A DNA stretch of 63,738 bases, the filler included, from Octopus bimaculoides (taxonomy: Eukaryota), in the NCBI RefSeq assembly GCF_001194135.2. It is 8 parts of 7 records of this genome, joined end to end, with 100 filler letters (N's around TTAATTAATTAA, not from the genome) between each part and the next. Parts side by side here need not be neighbours in the genome. Positions count along the whole stretch, not along the records: positions 6,348 to 27,303 come from NC_068986.1; positions 27,404 to 35,643 come from NC_068993.1; positions 35,744 to 51,794 come from NC_068993.1; 5 more parts are not named here. The stretch is one strand, 5' to 3'. A program made the position numbers and the translations under genes. The notes below the pieces were generated by a model that was not told the DNA's origin, made no database searches, and saw only the letters and a list, made by a program, of their open reading frames with translations. Below, one piece after another: positions 23,596 through 35,923 of the stretch (position 1 is the first letter of the stretch; the number at the start of each line of letters is the position of its first letter).

Positions 23596-25027
23596 CAGAT
23601 TATGTAAAATGTTTGTCTCTTTCGAATGATATAGGCGTTATATATCTTTCTACAATTCGATTAATTTTAATGTGTAATTAATTGAAATGATTAGAAATTG
23701 TCGGCAAAATAACTTTAAGACCGTACCAATATTATTTTATTTAAACTAAATATTTACTGCACAAATGATCAACGAACAAAAATTTATTATTAGTATCTAG
23801 TTCCATAGCTATTATTTTCAATTACGGCCTTACGACAGTGGGACATGGAGTTCGACAAATGGGCACAAAAATCACTTGGAGTGTTCTGCTCTATCCCTTC
23901 AATAAAATTATATAATTGAGAACAATTTTTTTTTAGCATGATCTCTTTTAGGAACATAATAATACCATAAATTTTCTCTCGTATTCAAATCCGGGCTCTG
24001 CGGTGGCGAGTCAATAGCCACCGTTGCGCCCAAAATATTGCAAAACTTTCCTAGCCTTATGTACGGGGCAATTGTCCTGCTGAAAAATAGATCCCGGTAG
24101 CATCTGATTATTTAAATATGGCAGCACATTTTCATTTACTAATTGTAGATAGCCTACACTGTTCAGTCTCCCATCAACCTTAACAATCAGGCCAATACCT
24201 ACACTGCTGAACGCGACGCACATCATTACACCCCTCCCGCTTGCGCCGTTTTCTTGGCACTCTTAGGATGAAACTCTTAGGACGGCCTCTAACATAAGTT
24301 TTTCCGTCTGATCCAAAGATGAAGAAGCGGGATTCATCGCTCCAAAGAACTTTTTACCAGTTTTCGGCTGTCCAATATGGCTTTTAGCAAACTTGATACG
24401 CTTCCGCTGGTTTGTCCCAGATTTTATCGGCTTCTTTCTAGCGATCCGGCCGAACAGTCCAAAGTCTTTTAGGCGCTTTCTGACAGTTTGTGGTGTAAAG
24501 CTGATGTCAGTTTCATCAGATAATTGCTTGCAAATGTCCACTGCTGTTAGCATTGGGTTACCTTCAGAGAGCCTATGAATTCGCCGATCCATTTGTACTG
24601 TTGGTTTTCTCGGAGCGCCCGTTCTTTGCCTAACTTTGTATTGGCCAGTGACTTGGTAAAGCTTCCATGCTTGAACACAAGCCGTTTTGCTGCATCCTAA
24701 TTGCTTGTTAATATTTATGAAAGGCACATCTTACTGATGAAGCAAAACGATCTTTGATCTAGTAACTGGGCTGAGATTACAACGCTTTCCCATAGCGAAT
24801 TAATATGTAACAATGCTCGATTATTAAACAAAACAGTTCTGTACGACCAGCCATATGACCACCTATTTGTTTATTAATCTGCATACTGTTGGGACAGTCT
24901 TAAACTTATTTTGTCGACAATTTCTAATCATTTGCATTATTTGCGCATCAAAATTATTCGAATTCTAGAAAGATATATAGCGCATATATCATTCAAAAGA
25001 GGAAAAAAAAAACTTCTACATAAACTG
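23596..25027 (-). mobile_element. Near full-length degenerate Tc1-family DNA transposon (~1.43 kb) with ~145-bp TIRs
   Basis: Left end TA|CAGATTATGTAAAAT...TGATTAGAAATTGTCGGCAAAATAACTTTAAGACCGTACCAA matches the reverse complement of 24889-25027. A transposase lies inside. Confidence 0.85.
23830..24793 (-). pseudogene. Tc1 transposase with stops and frameshifts
   Basis: MGKRCNLSPVTRSKIVLLHQ*...TGAPRKPT..MDRRIHRLS...TVRKRLKDFGLFGRIARKKP; catalytic motifs VLWSDESRF, FQQDNCPVH and PPQSPDLNTRENLW. Confidence 0.9.
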
Positions 25028-25035
25028 TTTCTTTT

Positions 25036-25066
<31 letters not shown>

Positions 25067-25080
25067 CTCTCTCTCACACA

Positions 25081-25121
<41 letters not shown>

Positions 25122-26052
25122 TCTCTCTCTCTCTCCCTCTGATCGCACATTAAGCTTTGAGAGAGAAGATATTGTTCGGACATCCTTGAAAAAGTGTTTC
25201 GTCTATCCCCTGACATTTTATGTGATATGCGAGCTTGTGGATGATAATTTACATGTCGGAAAATGTATGTACTTGGAGATTTAACCTTGATTATTGTATT
25301 TATCGCGGACACTACTGATTGTATATTGAGTCTACAATTGTAATATTTCGGATTTTGAAGAAACACGTATATTTATTATGAAGCATTGAATACTATACCT
25401 GCTCTTTGCTTATTATTTTGCGATAAATAATAATTGCTAGACGCATGAAAAGTCAGGCAAAAATCAATAACCAGGCACAAATTCCATAAGCTACTTCGAG
25501 TACTTACTCTTGAAAACTAGAGGCTAAGAACGAGCAGCCTTCTTCACATCGAAAGAGTCCAACGATTTTAGTCCACATAAATCGGCTTGGGTTATATGAA
25601 TTAGCCTAGATAGCATTCTCTGGACATAGTATTAATAATTATTGTCTGACTGAAGTTGAAACTGAAGTTGCACAAACTGATCTTAGAGCGATTAGAGAAA
25701 ATGATTTTTGCGAAAATTATTTGAAAGTGACAATCCTTTCGTTTCAAATTTATCAAATGCAGACATCTTCAGTAATTCAAACATTCTCGTTGTATATCTT
25801 GCAAATATCATTCTTATGTGCCATTAATAACATTATCCAAAGACCAGAAATGGGGTGTAACAGCCCGTCAAAGTTGAGCTTCAAATACAATATAATTTAA
25901 TATAATATATTATAATATAATATAATATAATACAATATCATATGACATCTCTCTTACATACGTACATACATACATACATACATATGTGTGTGTATATAAT
26001 ATATATATATGTATGTGTATATACATGTGTGTGTGTCTGTGCATATATAAGA

Positions 26053-26089
<37 letters not shown>

Positions 26090-26189
26090 TCAGTAAATAG
26101 TGGGGTTGTGTTAACCGCATGTGGAGAAATAATAGGAAAATGAAAAAAAGCCAGAATGCTGGACTGGAAGCATATTTTAATAAAGATTT

Positions 26190-26231
26190 CTTCTAACCGG
26201 TTTTCATTGCGAAAAGCAAATTATCAAGAAG
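26190..26231 (-). ncRNA. Candidate minimal type I hammerhead ribozyme (U3-A8 core variant)
   Basis: Minus strand reads CTTC-TTGATAA-TTTGC TTTTC GCAAT-GAA-AACCGGTT-A|GAAG. Stem I is 4 bp, stem II has 4 WC pairs with a U.U at 10.1-11.1, stem III is palindromic, and the cleavage triplet is UUA. Confidence 0.5.
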
Positions 26232-26707
26232 GAGAATGAAAATGTTTTTTTACAAAGAAGTACAAAATGAAGAAAATAATATATAAGTATATATTATTGC
26301 TTTATATATTATTTTCTTNNNNNNNNNNNNNNNNNNNNNNNNNNNNNNNNNNNNNNNNNNNNNNNNNNNNNNNNNNNNNNNNNNNNNNNNNNNNNNNNNN
26401 NNNNNNNNNNNNNNNNNNNNNNNNNNNNNNNNNNNNNNNNNNNNNNNNNNNNNNNNNNNNNNNNNNNNNNNNNNNNNNNNNNNNNNNNNNNNNNNNNNNN
26501 NNNNNNNNNNNNNNNNNNNNNNNNNNNNNNNNNNNNNNNNNNNNNNNNNNNNNNNNNNNNNNNNNNNNNNNNNNNNNNNNNNNNNNNNNNNNNNNNNNNN
26601 NNNNNNNNNNNNNNNNNNNNNNNNNNNNNNNNNNNNNNNNNNNNNNNNNNNNNNNNNNNNNNNNNNNNNNNNNNNNNNNNNNNNNNNNNNNNNNNNNNNN
26701 NTTAATT

Positions 26708-27300
26708 TTTCTAAGTCTCTCCAAAGGAGACTACGGCAGCGGTACTGGGTATTAATAATTATCGCCAAGCCAACATGGCAGTCCCAAATATAGGACGAAT
26801 GCTGCCGTGGATTAGCTCCAAGAGGCCATCACCTCTAGCTAGCTATGTGACACACGAATCTGTGTCCTTTATAACCTTCGAACAGGGGAGGCATTCGTCC
26901 TATATTTGGGACTGCCATGTTGGCTTGGCGATAATTATTTATATCCAGTACCGCTGCTGTAGTCTCCTTTAGAGAGACTTAGAAATATCAATATCTCTAT
27001 TTCTGAAAACCAGTGGATGTATTCCACTGAAATTAGATAAATAACCTTCCTACAGATAGTCAGTAGCGACGCCTGGTGGGTTCGGCTGCTCTGCATTGAC
27101 AAGGGGCCTGAAACTAGTCTAGTCTGCAGATGCCAAACCAGCAAGGGGAGGCTGCTGACCTCACCAGTTCGAAGGTTATAAAGGACACAGATTCGTGTGT
27201 CACATAGCTAGCTAGAGGCGATGGCCTCTTGGAGCTAATCCACGTCAGCATTCGTCCTATATTTGGGACTGCCATGTTGGCTTGGCGATAATTATTAATA
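26708..27300 (+). mobile_element. Hammerhead-bearing ~357-nt tandem unit with an inverted 5' arm (Penelope pLTR / retrozyme-like)
   Basis: X (26708-26802) and Y (26803-26883) recur inverted as X' (26891-26985), Y' (27168-27247) and X' (27248-27300). The direct-repeat offset is 357 nt. Confidence 0.7.
27090..27130 (+). ncRNA. Candidate type I hammerhead ribozyme (U3-A8 core variant)
   Basis: TCTGCA-TTGACAA-GGGGCCT-GAA-ACTA GTC TAGT-C|TGCAGA gives a 6-bp stem I, a short stem II, a 4-bp stem III and a GUC cleavage triplet. Confidence 0.65.
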
Positions 27301-27403
27301 TATNNNNNNNNNNNNNNNNNNNNNNNNNNNNNNNNNNNNNNNNNNNNTTAATTAATTAANNNNNNNNNNNNNNNNNNNNNNNNNNNNNNNNNNNNNNNNN
27401 NNN

Positions 27404-27752
27404 TTGAAGACAGTAGTGGAGGTGACGGTGGTGGTGGTGGTGGTGGTGGTGGTAGCGGTGGTAGTGATTGTAGTGGTGATGATAGTGTTGATGGTGATAG
27501 TGATAGTAGTAGTAGTAGTGGTGGTGGTACTTATGGTGATGATAATGGTAGCAGTGGTGGCGGTGGCGGTGGTAGTAGTTGTCGTCGTCGTCGTGTTTGC
27601 AGCGGCAGCAGTATCGGTGATGGAGGTGGCGGTTGTGGTACTTCGGGTGGCGTAGTGCGTTTGCTGCTGATGTCGGCCGTGGCTCAAGCGATAGCACTAA
27701 TAATGATAGTAGTAGTAGTGGTGGTTGTGGTGGTGGTGGTGGTGGTGGTGAG
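27404..27752. repeat. Compound (GTG/GTA/GAT)n low-complexity repeat
   Basis: Directly visible. It produces the poly-V/T/H ORFs. Confidence 0.9.
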
Positions 27753-28924
27753 GNNNNNNNNNNNNNNNNNNNNNNNNNNNNNNNNNNNNNNNNNNNNNNN
27801 NNNNNNNNNNNNNNNNNNNNNNNNNNNNNNNNNNNNNNNNNNNNNNNNNNNNNNNNNNNNNNNNNNNNNNNNNNNNNNNNNNNNNNNNNNNNNNNNNNNN
27901 NNNNNNNNNNNNNNNNNNNNNNNNNNNNNNNNNNNNNNNNNNNNNNNNNNNNNNNNNNNNNNNNNNNNNNNNNNNNNNNNNNNNNNNNNNNNNNNNNNNN
28001 NNNNNNNNNNNNNNNNNNNNNNNNNNNNNNNNNNNNNNNNNNNNNNNNNNNNNNNNNNNNNNNNNNNNNNNNNNNNNNNNNNNNNNNNNNNNNNNNNNNN
28101 NNNNNNNNNNNNNNNNNNNNNNNNNNNNNNNNNNNNNNNNNNNNNNNNNNNNNNNNNNNNNNNNNNNNNNNNNNNNNNNNNNNNNNNNNNNNNNNNNNNN
28201 NNNNNNNNNNNNNNNNNNNNNNNNNNNNNNNNNNNNNNNNNNNNNNNNNNNNNNNNNNNNNNNNNNNNNNNNNNNNNNNNNNNNNNNNNNNNNNNNNNNN
28301 NNNNNNNNNNNNNNNNNNNNNNNNNNNNNNNNNNNNNNNNNNNNNNNNNNNNNNNNNNNNNNNNNNNNNNNNNNNNNNNNNNNNNNNNNNNNNNNNNNNN
28401 NNNNNNNNNNNNNNNNNNNNNNNNNNNNNNNNNNNNNNNNNNNNNNNNNNNNNNNNNNNNNNNNNNNNNNNNNNNNNNNNNNNNNNNNNNNNNNNNNNNN
28501 NNNNNNNNNNNNNNNNNNNNNNNNNNNNNNNNNNNNNNNNNNNNNNNNNNNNNNNNNCTTTTTTTTTTTTTTTTTTTGTTAACATATTCCTTTTCTGCAT
28601 GGCGTCGCAAACCTTTTGATTTTCAAAACTTTATAAATGAAATGTCAGTTTGAATTCTAATCTGAAAATTATCTGCAGTTTTTTTTTTTCTTGCTGTATG
28701 TTCTGCTCATACATTTTCTCATGTTCTCACTTATAAGAAAGCTTATTGAGAATGGGCACACAAATAATTAGCAAAATCAATTTGTGTTTTTTTCTTTCTT
28801 TTTTTTCTTTGCAAGATTTGAGTTGTTTTATGAAATTACCAAATATGCCCTTAAATACCCCTCGCAGCTCTGTATATTAATGAATGGAATTCTTTTATTG
28901 ATTTTATTTTCTTAATATTCTTTT

Positions 28925-29272
28925 CTACTTTAGGCACAAGGCCTGAAAGTTTGGGGGAGGGGGCCAGTCGATTAGATCGCCCACTTAATTTATCAACCAC
29001 GAAAGGATGAAAGGCAAAGTCGACCTCGGTGGAGTTACTTTGTTTTCTTAATACCGGTTTCGGAATGGAAGACAGTGAGTCAACGGGAAGAATGCTTAGC
29101 AGCAGTTCGTCCCGTCTTTACGCTCTGGGTTCAAATTCCGCCCAGTCTACCTGGCCTTTCATCCTCTTGGAATTGATAAAATAAATATCGATTGACACTG
29201 GTGTTGATATAATCGATTTAACCACTTCCCCGAAATTGCTGGCCTTGTGCCAAAATTCGAAACCAGTATTAG
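28925..29272. mobile_element. Pair of Deu/Nin-like SINE fragments in opposite orientation (- ~28925-29030; + ~29075-29272)
   Basis: AGGCACAAGGCCTG...GAAAGGCAAAGTCGACCTCGG on one side, GGGTTCAAATTCCGCC...GGCCTTGTGCCAAAATT on the other. Confidence 0.7.
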
Positions 29273-31139
29273 TTTCTAGATATCTGTATTGACCCACCTA
29301 GTTTCCTACTTAAGTGTTTACTTATCTATCAATACTGACCCTACCTCCACCCTCCACCCCACCCCCACACACATACACACTGATTAATCATTTAATCTCA
29401 TTATTTGATCTTGTGTCGATTTAAACATGCACAAACCCATGGGTTGTGTATATATGAATATAAATTACATATTGATTAGACGAACAACAACATCAGTGAC
29501 AAGTATTAAATATAAAAAAGTATCGTGGCGTTTCTTCGCTTCCCTGGGGAATTCCGTTCAGTAATCGAAGAAGAACGGATCTCAAACATGGAAAAACAAC
29601 CCGCTTGAAGTCTTGACTGTTCTTGTAGCTAGCACTAAAAACTGCAGAGTGGGTAACTCTGATGAACCTTCAGTTTCAAGTCGGTTTAACTGCCTTTGAT
29701 AATTTTGATGAGTGGGCCCAAGATGGTAATATGTCTAAATGCTCTTGATCGACACTTCGAACGAATGAGATCTTATTGAGTGGGAGAAATTTTGAAAAAA
29801 ATAATAAACGAATACAAATACACGCGCAATTTCCTGTGAAAATGTCTTTTAGAAGATACCTTACAATCATACACACATGTATATATAAAGATGCATAAGC
29901 AAGCGCAACTACTTATAGAATACGCATCTATATATATATACATGCCAACTTACACATACAAAGACACAAGCAAGGTGTGGGCTATTATTGATTTAAAACA
30001 GAAAGAAATTAGATGAGACGAGCTTTGAGAGTTTTAGAATCATAGGAAATATGGTTATATGTTTATATCGTGTGGAACAGAATTTTTGGTATTTCTTAGG
30101 AAGTTATTTGAACAATAGGATAGAAAACGCCCTACAAATCTAAATACATTCAGTGGTTGCTTGACAACACAAGCAGGCACTAAACACCCTTGTTAGTGGA
30201 TTAAAATAATAATGTAGAATGATTAATAAAAACAAAATTGAATGGTTAATCACAAGGACTGCGGTTAAGAGACATTTCGAAAAACAAGCTGAGAAAAGGT
30301 ATGTTTAAAACTTCTTCTTGGCTCAAATGACTAGCTGTTACAAGTGAATTTTGATCAAGGGACTTGTGTTTTAAAGATATACTGTAACAATTGAATACAT
30401 TCTACTCCGTAATGTACAAACTGATTTCACAAATGGGTTAAAGCTGAGGACTTGGCATGGTAATAGGGTGTGGGCCCCTGGAAAGAAATGCCTCAATTAT
30501 GGGTAGGCGAGTGTATACTAACTCGTGCTGAATGCCCTGAGTTGGTATATAGACCAACGATCCCCTACGTAGTTGGTATTGATTCTCAAAACAATAGAGA
30601 AAATGACGGACTGACGAACAGCAAATCAAAGCTAAGAATTACTCAAAAACTCAGTTGAGTTTGAATAAATTTGAATAATAAGTTATTGTCAAGCAGTTGC
30701 TAAAACAAAACGGATGTAAGAGCATGATTTGAATGTTTGTACCTGTTCTGGCTTAAAGTCGCAAATTTATTGACGAGTGAGACGCGTGTCTTGTTCTGCG
30801 CTGCCAAAACTGAAACTTTTGCATGTAACACCAGTGCTTCTTAGGATGGCTAGAGATAATTATATTGCTGTAAGTTGGCCGAACTCACTGTGGCTTCCAG
30901 CCCATATCTAGTGAGGCAAATGCTCCCGAAATAAGTCTTATGTAATCTATTATTATTATTGAGTGAGAGCAGAGTATGCTGAGAAAGTGACACTGTGGTA
31001 CAAATATACGAAACCCGATATACTATCATGACTACCCGTCTGATAAAGATACACCAGCCACAAGCATCACAACCATTATGTGCACGACATGGTGATCTCA
31101 TATCAAGATAAACAGTGCATTGTTATTGCACGCTGGGCA

Positions 31140-31565
31140 GAATACTCATCGGTGTTTCATGTCTTTACACTCTGAGTTCAAATTCCGACATATCCCTTCA
31201 CAAAATTTTCAGGCCTTGTGCCTATAACAGAAAGGATTATTATTAGGACGGCCGGCTGAAAAGTTCATAGGCTGACCAAGATACTCGCGTGGAATGTGAC
31301 CTAATGTGGCTTTATTTACATTATTTAAAATTGACGGATATTGTGGGCAATAAATAAATAAATATATTTATTTCTTCCGTACACATTCAGCCAGGAATTT
31401 AAGTGAGAGAAGGAAGTCAAATTACATTCGACTCTAATATTTGCCTGCGATATTATTTGAACGGACTCAGAAGAATAAAAGGAAAAGTCGATCTAAGTGC
31501 GATTTGAACTCGGAACATAAAAAGCCAGAAATTTTGTCCGGCACTCTACCGATTCTGCCATAATA
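31140..31565. mobile_element. Degenerate SINE fragments (+ ~31140-31245; - ~31380-31565) with a mariner-type terminal fragment between (~31247-31320)
   Basis: GAGTTCAAATTCCG...AGGCCTTGTGCCTATA(ATT); GCTGAAAAGTTCATAGGCTGACCAAGATACTC (mariner-like end); ATTTGAACTCGGAAC...TTCTGCCA. Confidence 0.55.
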
Positions 31566-33493
31566 AGAGGAGATGCTAAAACGTCCCTGGCTTTGGATAA
31601 AAGAAAATACTGGAGGATCAGTTAATTATAATCTTATTCAACATATTCCCCGCTCAGATTCACACACTTATTGCAGAGATCCTTCAGTTTTTCTAAGCCT
31701 TGTAAAAGAACTCGGAAGGTTGGGCCTCCAACCGGGCCTTTCGCGACACCCTTAAAGCCAGGAACTTTTAAGCAACCCCTCGTAATAATGTCCATTGCTT
31801 TCACCACTTGACAAGACCTACCTTCATCTACTATGGTGGATTTACACCCTTTTTTTCACCCAAGGACACCTTTAGTCCCTATTTTACTCAGATGGACCTT
31901 CACAGCCATTCAATGTTAAAAAGATCTTTTTTGCATTTTTTTAGTTAGATATCATTAGGGAGTGTATGAAAAAATGTTGAAATATTTTGTGAATTGTAGG
32001 AAAATAACCAGTTTATTTCAGACAAATTTCAGCAAAAAATTTTATATGGACCCCCAAAGGTCACGTGAATCAGAGCCACTAATCTACATTCTCTGTATTA
32101 TCAATGGAGTTCTTTTCCCTGGTTCTTAGTTTTAGACTTTAAGCACCTCTAGGGAGAGTTTTTATGTGTTCATTGCACGGAGAGTCCAAGTTCAAAATTT
32201 TACACCTCGCTTCATATTACGTTTGTGATACGCTAACGTATATATAATAATATATTTGTGTCAATCTAAATGATTAATCGCTTTATTTGCGCAGTTGATT
32301 AGTTGACAACATTTGCGTTTTCATCTAACTAGGTGTGTCCAAACCCATGTATGTACTAACGTAATTAGTCTCATTTTATACTAATTCAACATCATTTATT
32401 TATGCGATACTTAATACCACAGCACTATCTAAACATCCTCCAATTCAGAGCAAACACATATGTGGCTTAAAGTGCCTGCGTATTCATTGACTGTATGTGC
32501 GTTTGCGTGTGTGTATATGTCCGTTAGTTCATGTGTTTATGTATGCACATATATGCGCGTGTGTGTGTGCGTGCGCGTGTGAGAGACTGAGAGCCACTTA
32601 AACCGAAAAGTTATGCAATATAGAACTCAATACATGGCTGTTAGCTGAAATTATTCTTATAATGAATATGTTATACCTTCAGAAAATACCAGAGGATAAC
32701 TTTTCGACTCTCACCATTCAATTAAATGGCTATTCTTCAATAATCCATGAAACAAAAACGCGCGTGTATGTACGTATGTATATAGTTATGTAAGTATATA
32801 TATNNNNNNNNNNNNNNNNNNNNNNNNNNNNNNNNNNNNNNNNNNNNNNNNNNNNNNNNNNNNNNNNNNNNNNNNNNNNNNNNNNNNNNNNNNNNNNNNN
32901 NNNNNNNNNNNNNNNNNNNNNNNNNNNNNNNNNNNNNNNNNNNNNNNNNNNNNNNNNNNNNNNNNNNNNNNNNNNNNNNNNNNNNNNNNNNNNNNNNNNN
33001 NNNNNNNNNNNNNNNNNNNNNNNNNNNNNNNNNNNNNNNNNNNNNNNNNNNNNNNNNNNNNNNNNNNNNNNNNNNNNNNNNNNNNNNNNNNNNNNNNNNN
33101 NNNNNNNNNNNNNNNNNNNNNNNNNNNNNNNNNNNNNNNNNNNNNNNNNNNNNNNNNNNNNNNNNNNNNNNNNNNNNNNNNNNNNNNNNNNNNNNNNNNN
33201 NNNNNNNNNNNNNNNNNNNNNNNNNNNNNNNNNNNNNNNNNNNNNNNNNNNNNNNNNNNNNNNNNNNNNNNNNNNNNNNNNNNTATATATATATATATAT
33301 ATATTCATTTAATCATTTTTTGCACTTAAATACATATTAAGATGTGTTATGTTACATTTTTATCCTTCTCTTTAATATTTTTGGGGTTTGAGTAATTCAC
33401 TTCTGGAAACATGGGTGTTTCGTTCAACATTCTTAAACAACCTTTATTCAGAGACCTTTCTAACCGGGCCTGACATGCAAGTGTATGCGGTGT

Positions 33494-33737
33494 TTATTTT
33501 GACAAAGGTATCAAAGGGAATAGAAAGGAAACTGGAATAGAGTGCCTAGTAGAACTGTTACAAAAGGTTTGCCTCCTTGATACGGCCGGAATAATCAGGA
33601 AAGTATTAGAGAGCTGAGAAGGATAGATAACATGGCATCGGAGGCTGCATGTAGCAAGCCTGCTACGCATGTAAGACTCCAGGAACTCCAACAGAATCTG
33701 TGATAAAGTGAAATAATAATAATAATAATAATAATAN
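33494..33737 (+). mobile_element. R4/Dong-like element 3' end with (AAT)n tail
   Basis: ...ETGIECLVELLQKVCLLDTAGIIRKVLES* (RLE C-terminal LQK..LLGTARI.RKVL motif), then a UTR, then (AAT)n. Confidence 0.7.
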
Positions 33738-33746
33738 NNNNNNNNN

Positions 33747-33785
<39 letters not shown>

Positions 33786-34080
33786 GAGTACAAATCTAGA
33801 CATGACAGAGTTGGCCAATATCTACATTGGATAATGTTCCGGCATTATAAAATCACAACTGGTTACAAGCACCACCTTGAGGCTGTAACTGAGAAAGAAA
33901 ATGTAACTATTCTTTGGGACTTCCCAGTATCTACAGACCGGACCATCAAAGCAAATAAACCAGATATTGTTATGAAAGATCAAAACAATAAAGTATGTTT
34001 ATTGATTAACACTAGCACACCCTGTGGCCATAATATCTCGGAATTTGATAATCTCAGAAAATATAAAAGATGTGGCATCT
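33786..34080 (+). pseudogene. R4/Dong-like RLE endonuclease fragment
   Basis: EYKSRHDRVGQYLHW...NVTILWDFPVSTDRTIKANKPDIVMKDQNNKVCLLI contains the RHD motif and a PD-(D/E)xK-type core. Confidence 0.85.
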
Positions 34081-34829
34081 CAAGACGGTTACAGAATGGA
34101 AAGATAACAGAAAGAGAAGGATCACAAAAAAAAAAAATGGGCCCAAAATAAAGACAAGCAGGATGCTATAATTTTTCCATAAAAAGGCACGAATTGTTGT
34201 TCAGAGCCACATTAACTGACAATCGGTAGCTAAAGAAGTGATATTTGGAGGAAGATATACCTCGCCGTTCGGATAAAACCGAATATAATCACTGGTAAAT
34301 TTAGAAGACTCGGGCTACAATGGAGTATAAAGTGATTTGAGCCGTAGAGTAAAATTCTACATACTTGATTAGAGCTGAAGAGATCAGATAAGGCTAAAAA
34401 TATCCGGAGTTGTGTTTCTTAGTTGCCGGGAAAGAGGAAACAATATTGAGTGTTGAATAATATCGTTTCCACTATTTCTATTCGGATTTTGCAATGTCCC
34501 GTGCAGTTAAAACGTCAGCGTTTTTCATATGAATGATGTGCCTGAATTATGTATTTTCTAATGAATTCTATTAAGATCAAACCAAAGAAATATCGTTTAC
34601 ATTTACTTAAAGATTATTTGAAGACTACTTCGACAAATAAGATGAAGGCTTTTGTATAAATGAAGAGGTCAAAATTAAATCGAATCACCCGCAATCACCC
34701 CAAAACTTAAAATACTATATGATATTGATTAATTTTTGTTTCTTTTTTTTTTTTTGTACACATATCCATCTAACTTACCATAATTCATTTCAAATTAACA
34801 TATTTAATGCTCTTTCCATGGAGTGTTGT

Positions 34830-35010
34830 GAACGCGCGAGCCCTAGTCGTTAGTATGTTCCACTCACGATCACAAGATCCTGGTTTCAACTCTCGAACTG
34901 GGCGGTGTGTTGTGTTCTTGAGCAAAACCCTTCATTTCACGTGACTCCAGTCCACTCAAAAGTAAATGAGTAACGGTGGGACGGACTGGACTCCCGTTTT
35001 GAGGCATTTT
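34830..35010 (+). mobile_element. tRNA-derived SINE with a CORE-like central domain
   Basis: tRNA-like head (CCTGGTTTCAACTC B box), then GTTGTGTTCTTGAGCAAAACCCTTCATTTCAC...CCAGTCCACTCA. Confidence 0.5.
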
Positions 35011-35872
35011 TGTAATCTTGGTCAATTTATACGCCATAGACCTGTCTGCCAAGCCTGCAAGGTGACATCATTTGGAATCTACAACATTGCAAAGAAGAGC
35101 ATTGTGACTAGCGGTATATACCAACATCCAACTTAGTCGATACAGTGGTATTAAAAGTTAACTCTAACATACCATATTGCTAGGAATCGTGTAAGAAAAA
35201 ATTATTAAAACATTTTGTGTAAAAGAAGCAATTTATTGCAAATAAATTCTAACAACAAATCTTTTATGAGGCCCAGTTGAGAAGTACTGCGCTACAGAGT
35301 TATTCATCCTGATAGAAATAGCCTCTAAACCTTCCTCAAATCGTACCCTGCTGTCTTCAAAATTATATGAATAAAGTAGATAATAATTGTTTTGGCTGAC
35401 AGGAAACGACAACGGGATGGTTATAGATGGAATGTCATATGTCACCAGGGTTCTGATAAACTAAGTCTGATACGGATCTAAACGATAGCCAATCATTAAA
35501 TATCAAATCCCATTTAAGCAGGATGTGCGGCCATCTTTAAACATGGCAGTAAAAGCACAAAAATAATCCAATTCTAACTACACAATTCTTCTTACGACAC
35601 AGCCACGCCTGTGCCTATGTTATATATATATATATATATATATNNNNNNNNNNNNNNNNNNNNNNNNNNNNNNNNNNNNNNNNNNNNTTAATTAATTAAN
35701 NNNNNNNNNNNNNNNNNNNNNNNNNNNNNNNNNNNNNNNNNNNTTTCATCGTTGTCCCCACTTTTGTTTTTTTTTCTGCTTTGTTTTCGACCCCCTCGAA
35801 AAGAAAAACTCTACATTTGTATTTTGTCCCCTCTGTGTTGAGCCCTGTGTGGCTAATAAAGAAACCTATCTG

Positions 35873-35923
<51 letters not shown>

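Noticed and set aside
29500-29880. Non-repetitive, moderately GC-richer segment with a 66-aa minus ORF
   Set aside because: No recognisable domain or convincing splice pair. It could be a UTR or regulatory sequence but cannot be supported from sequence alone.
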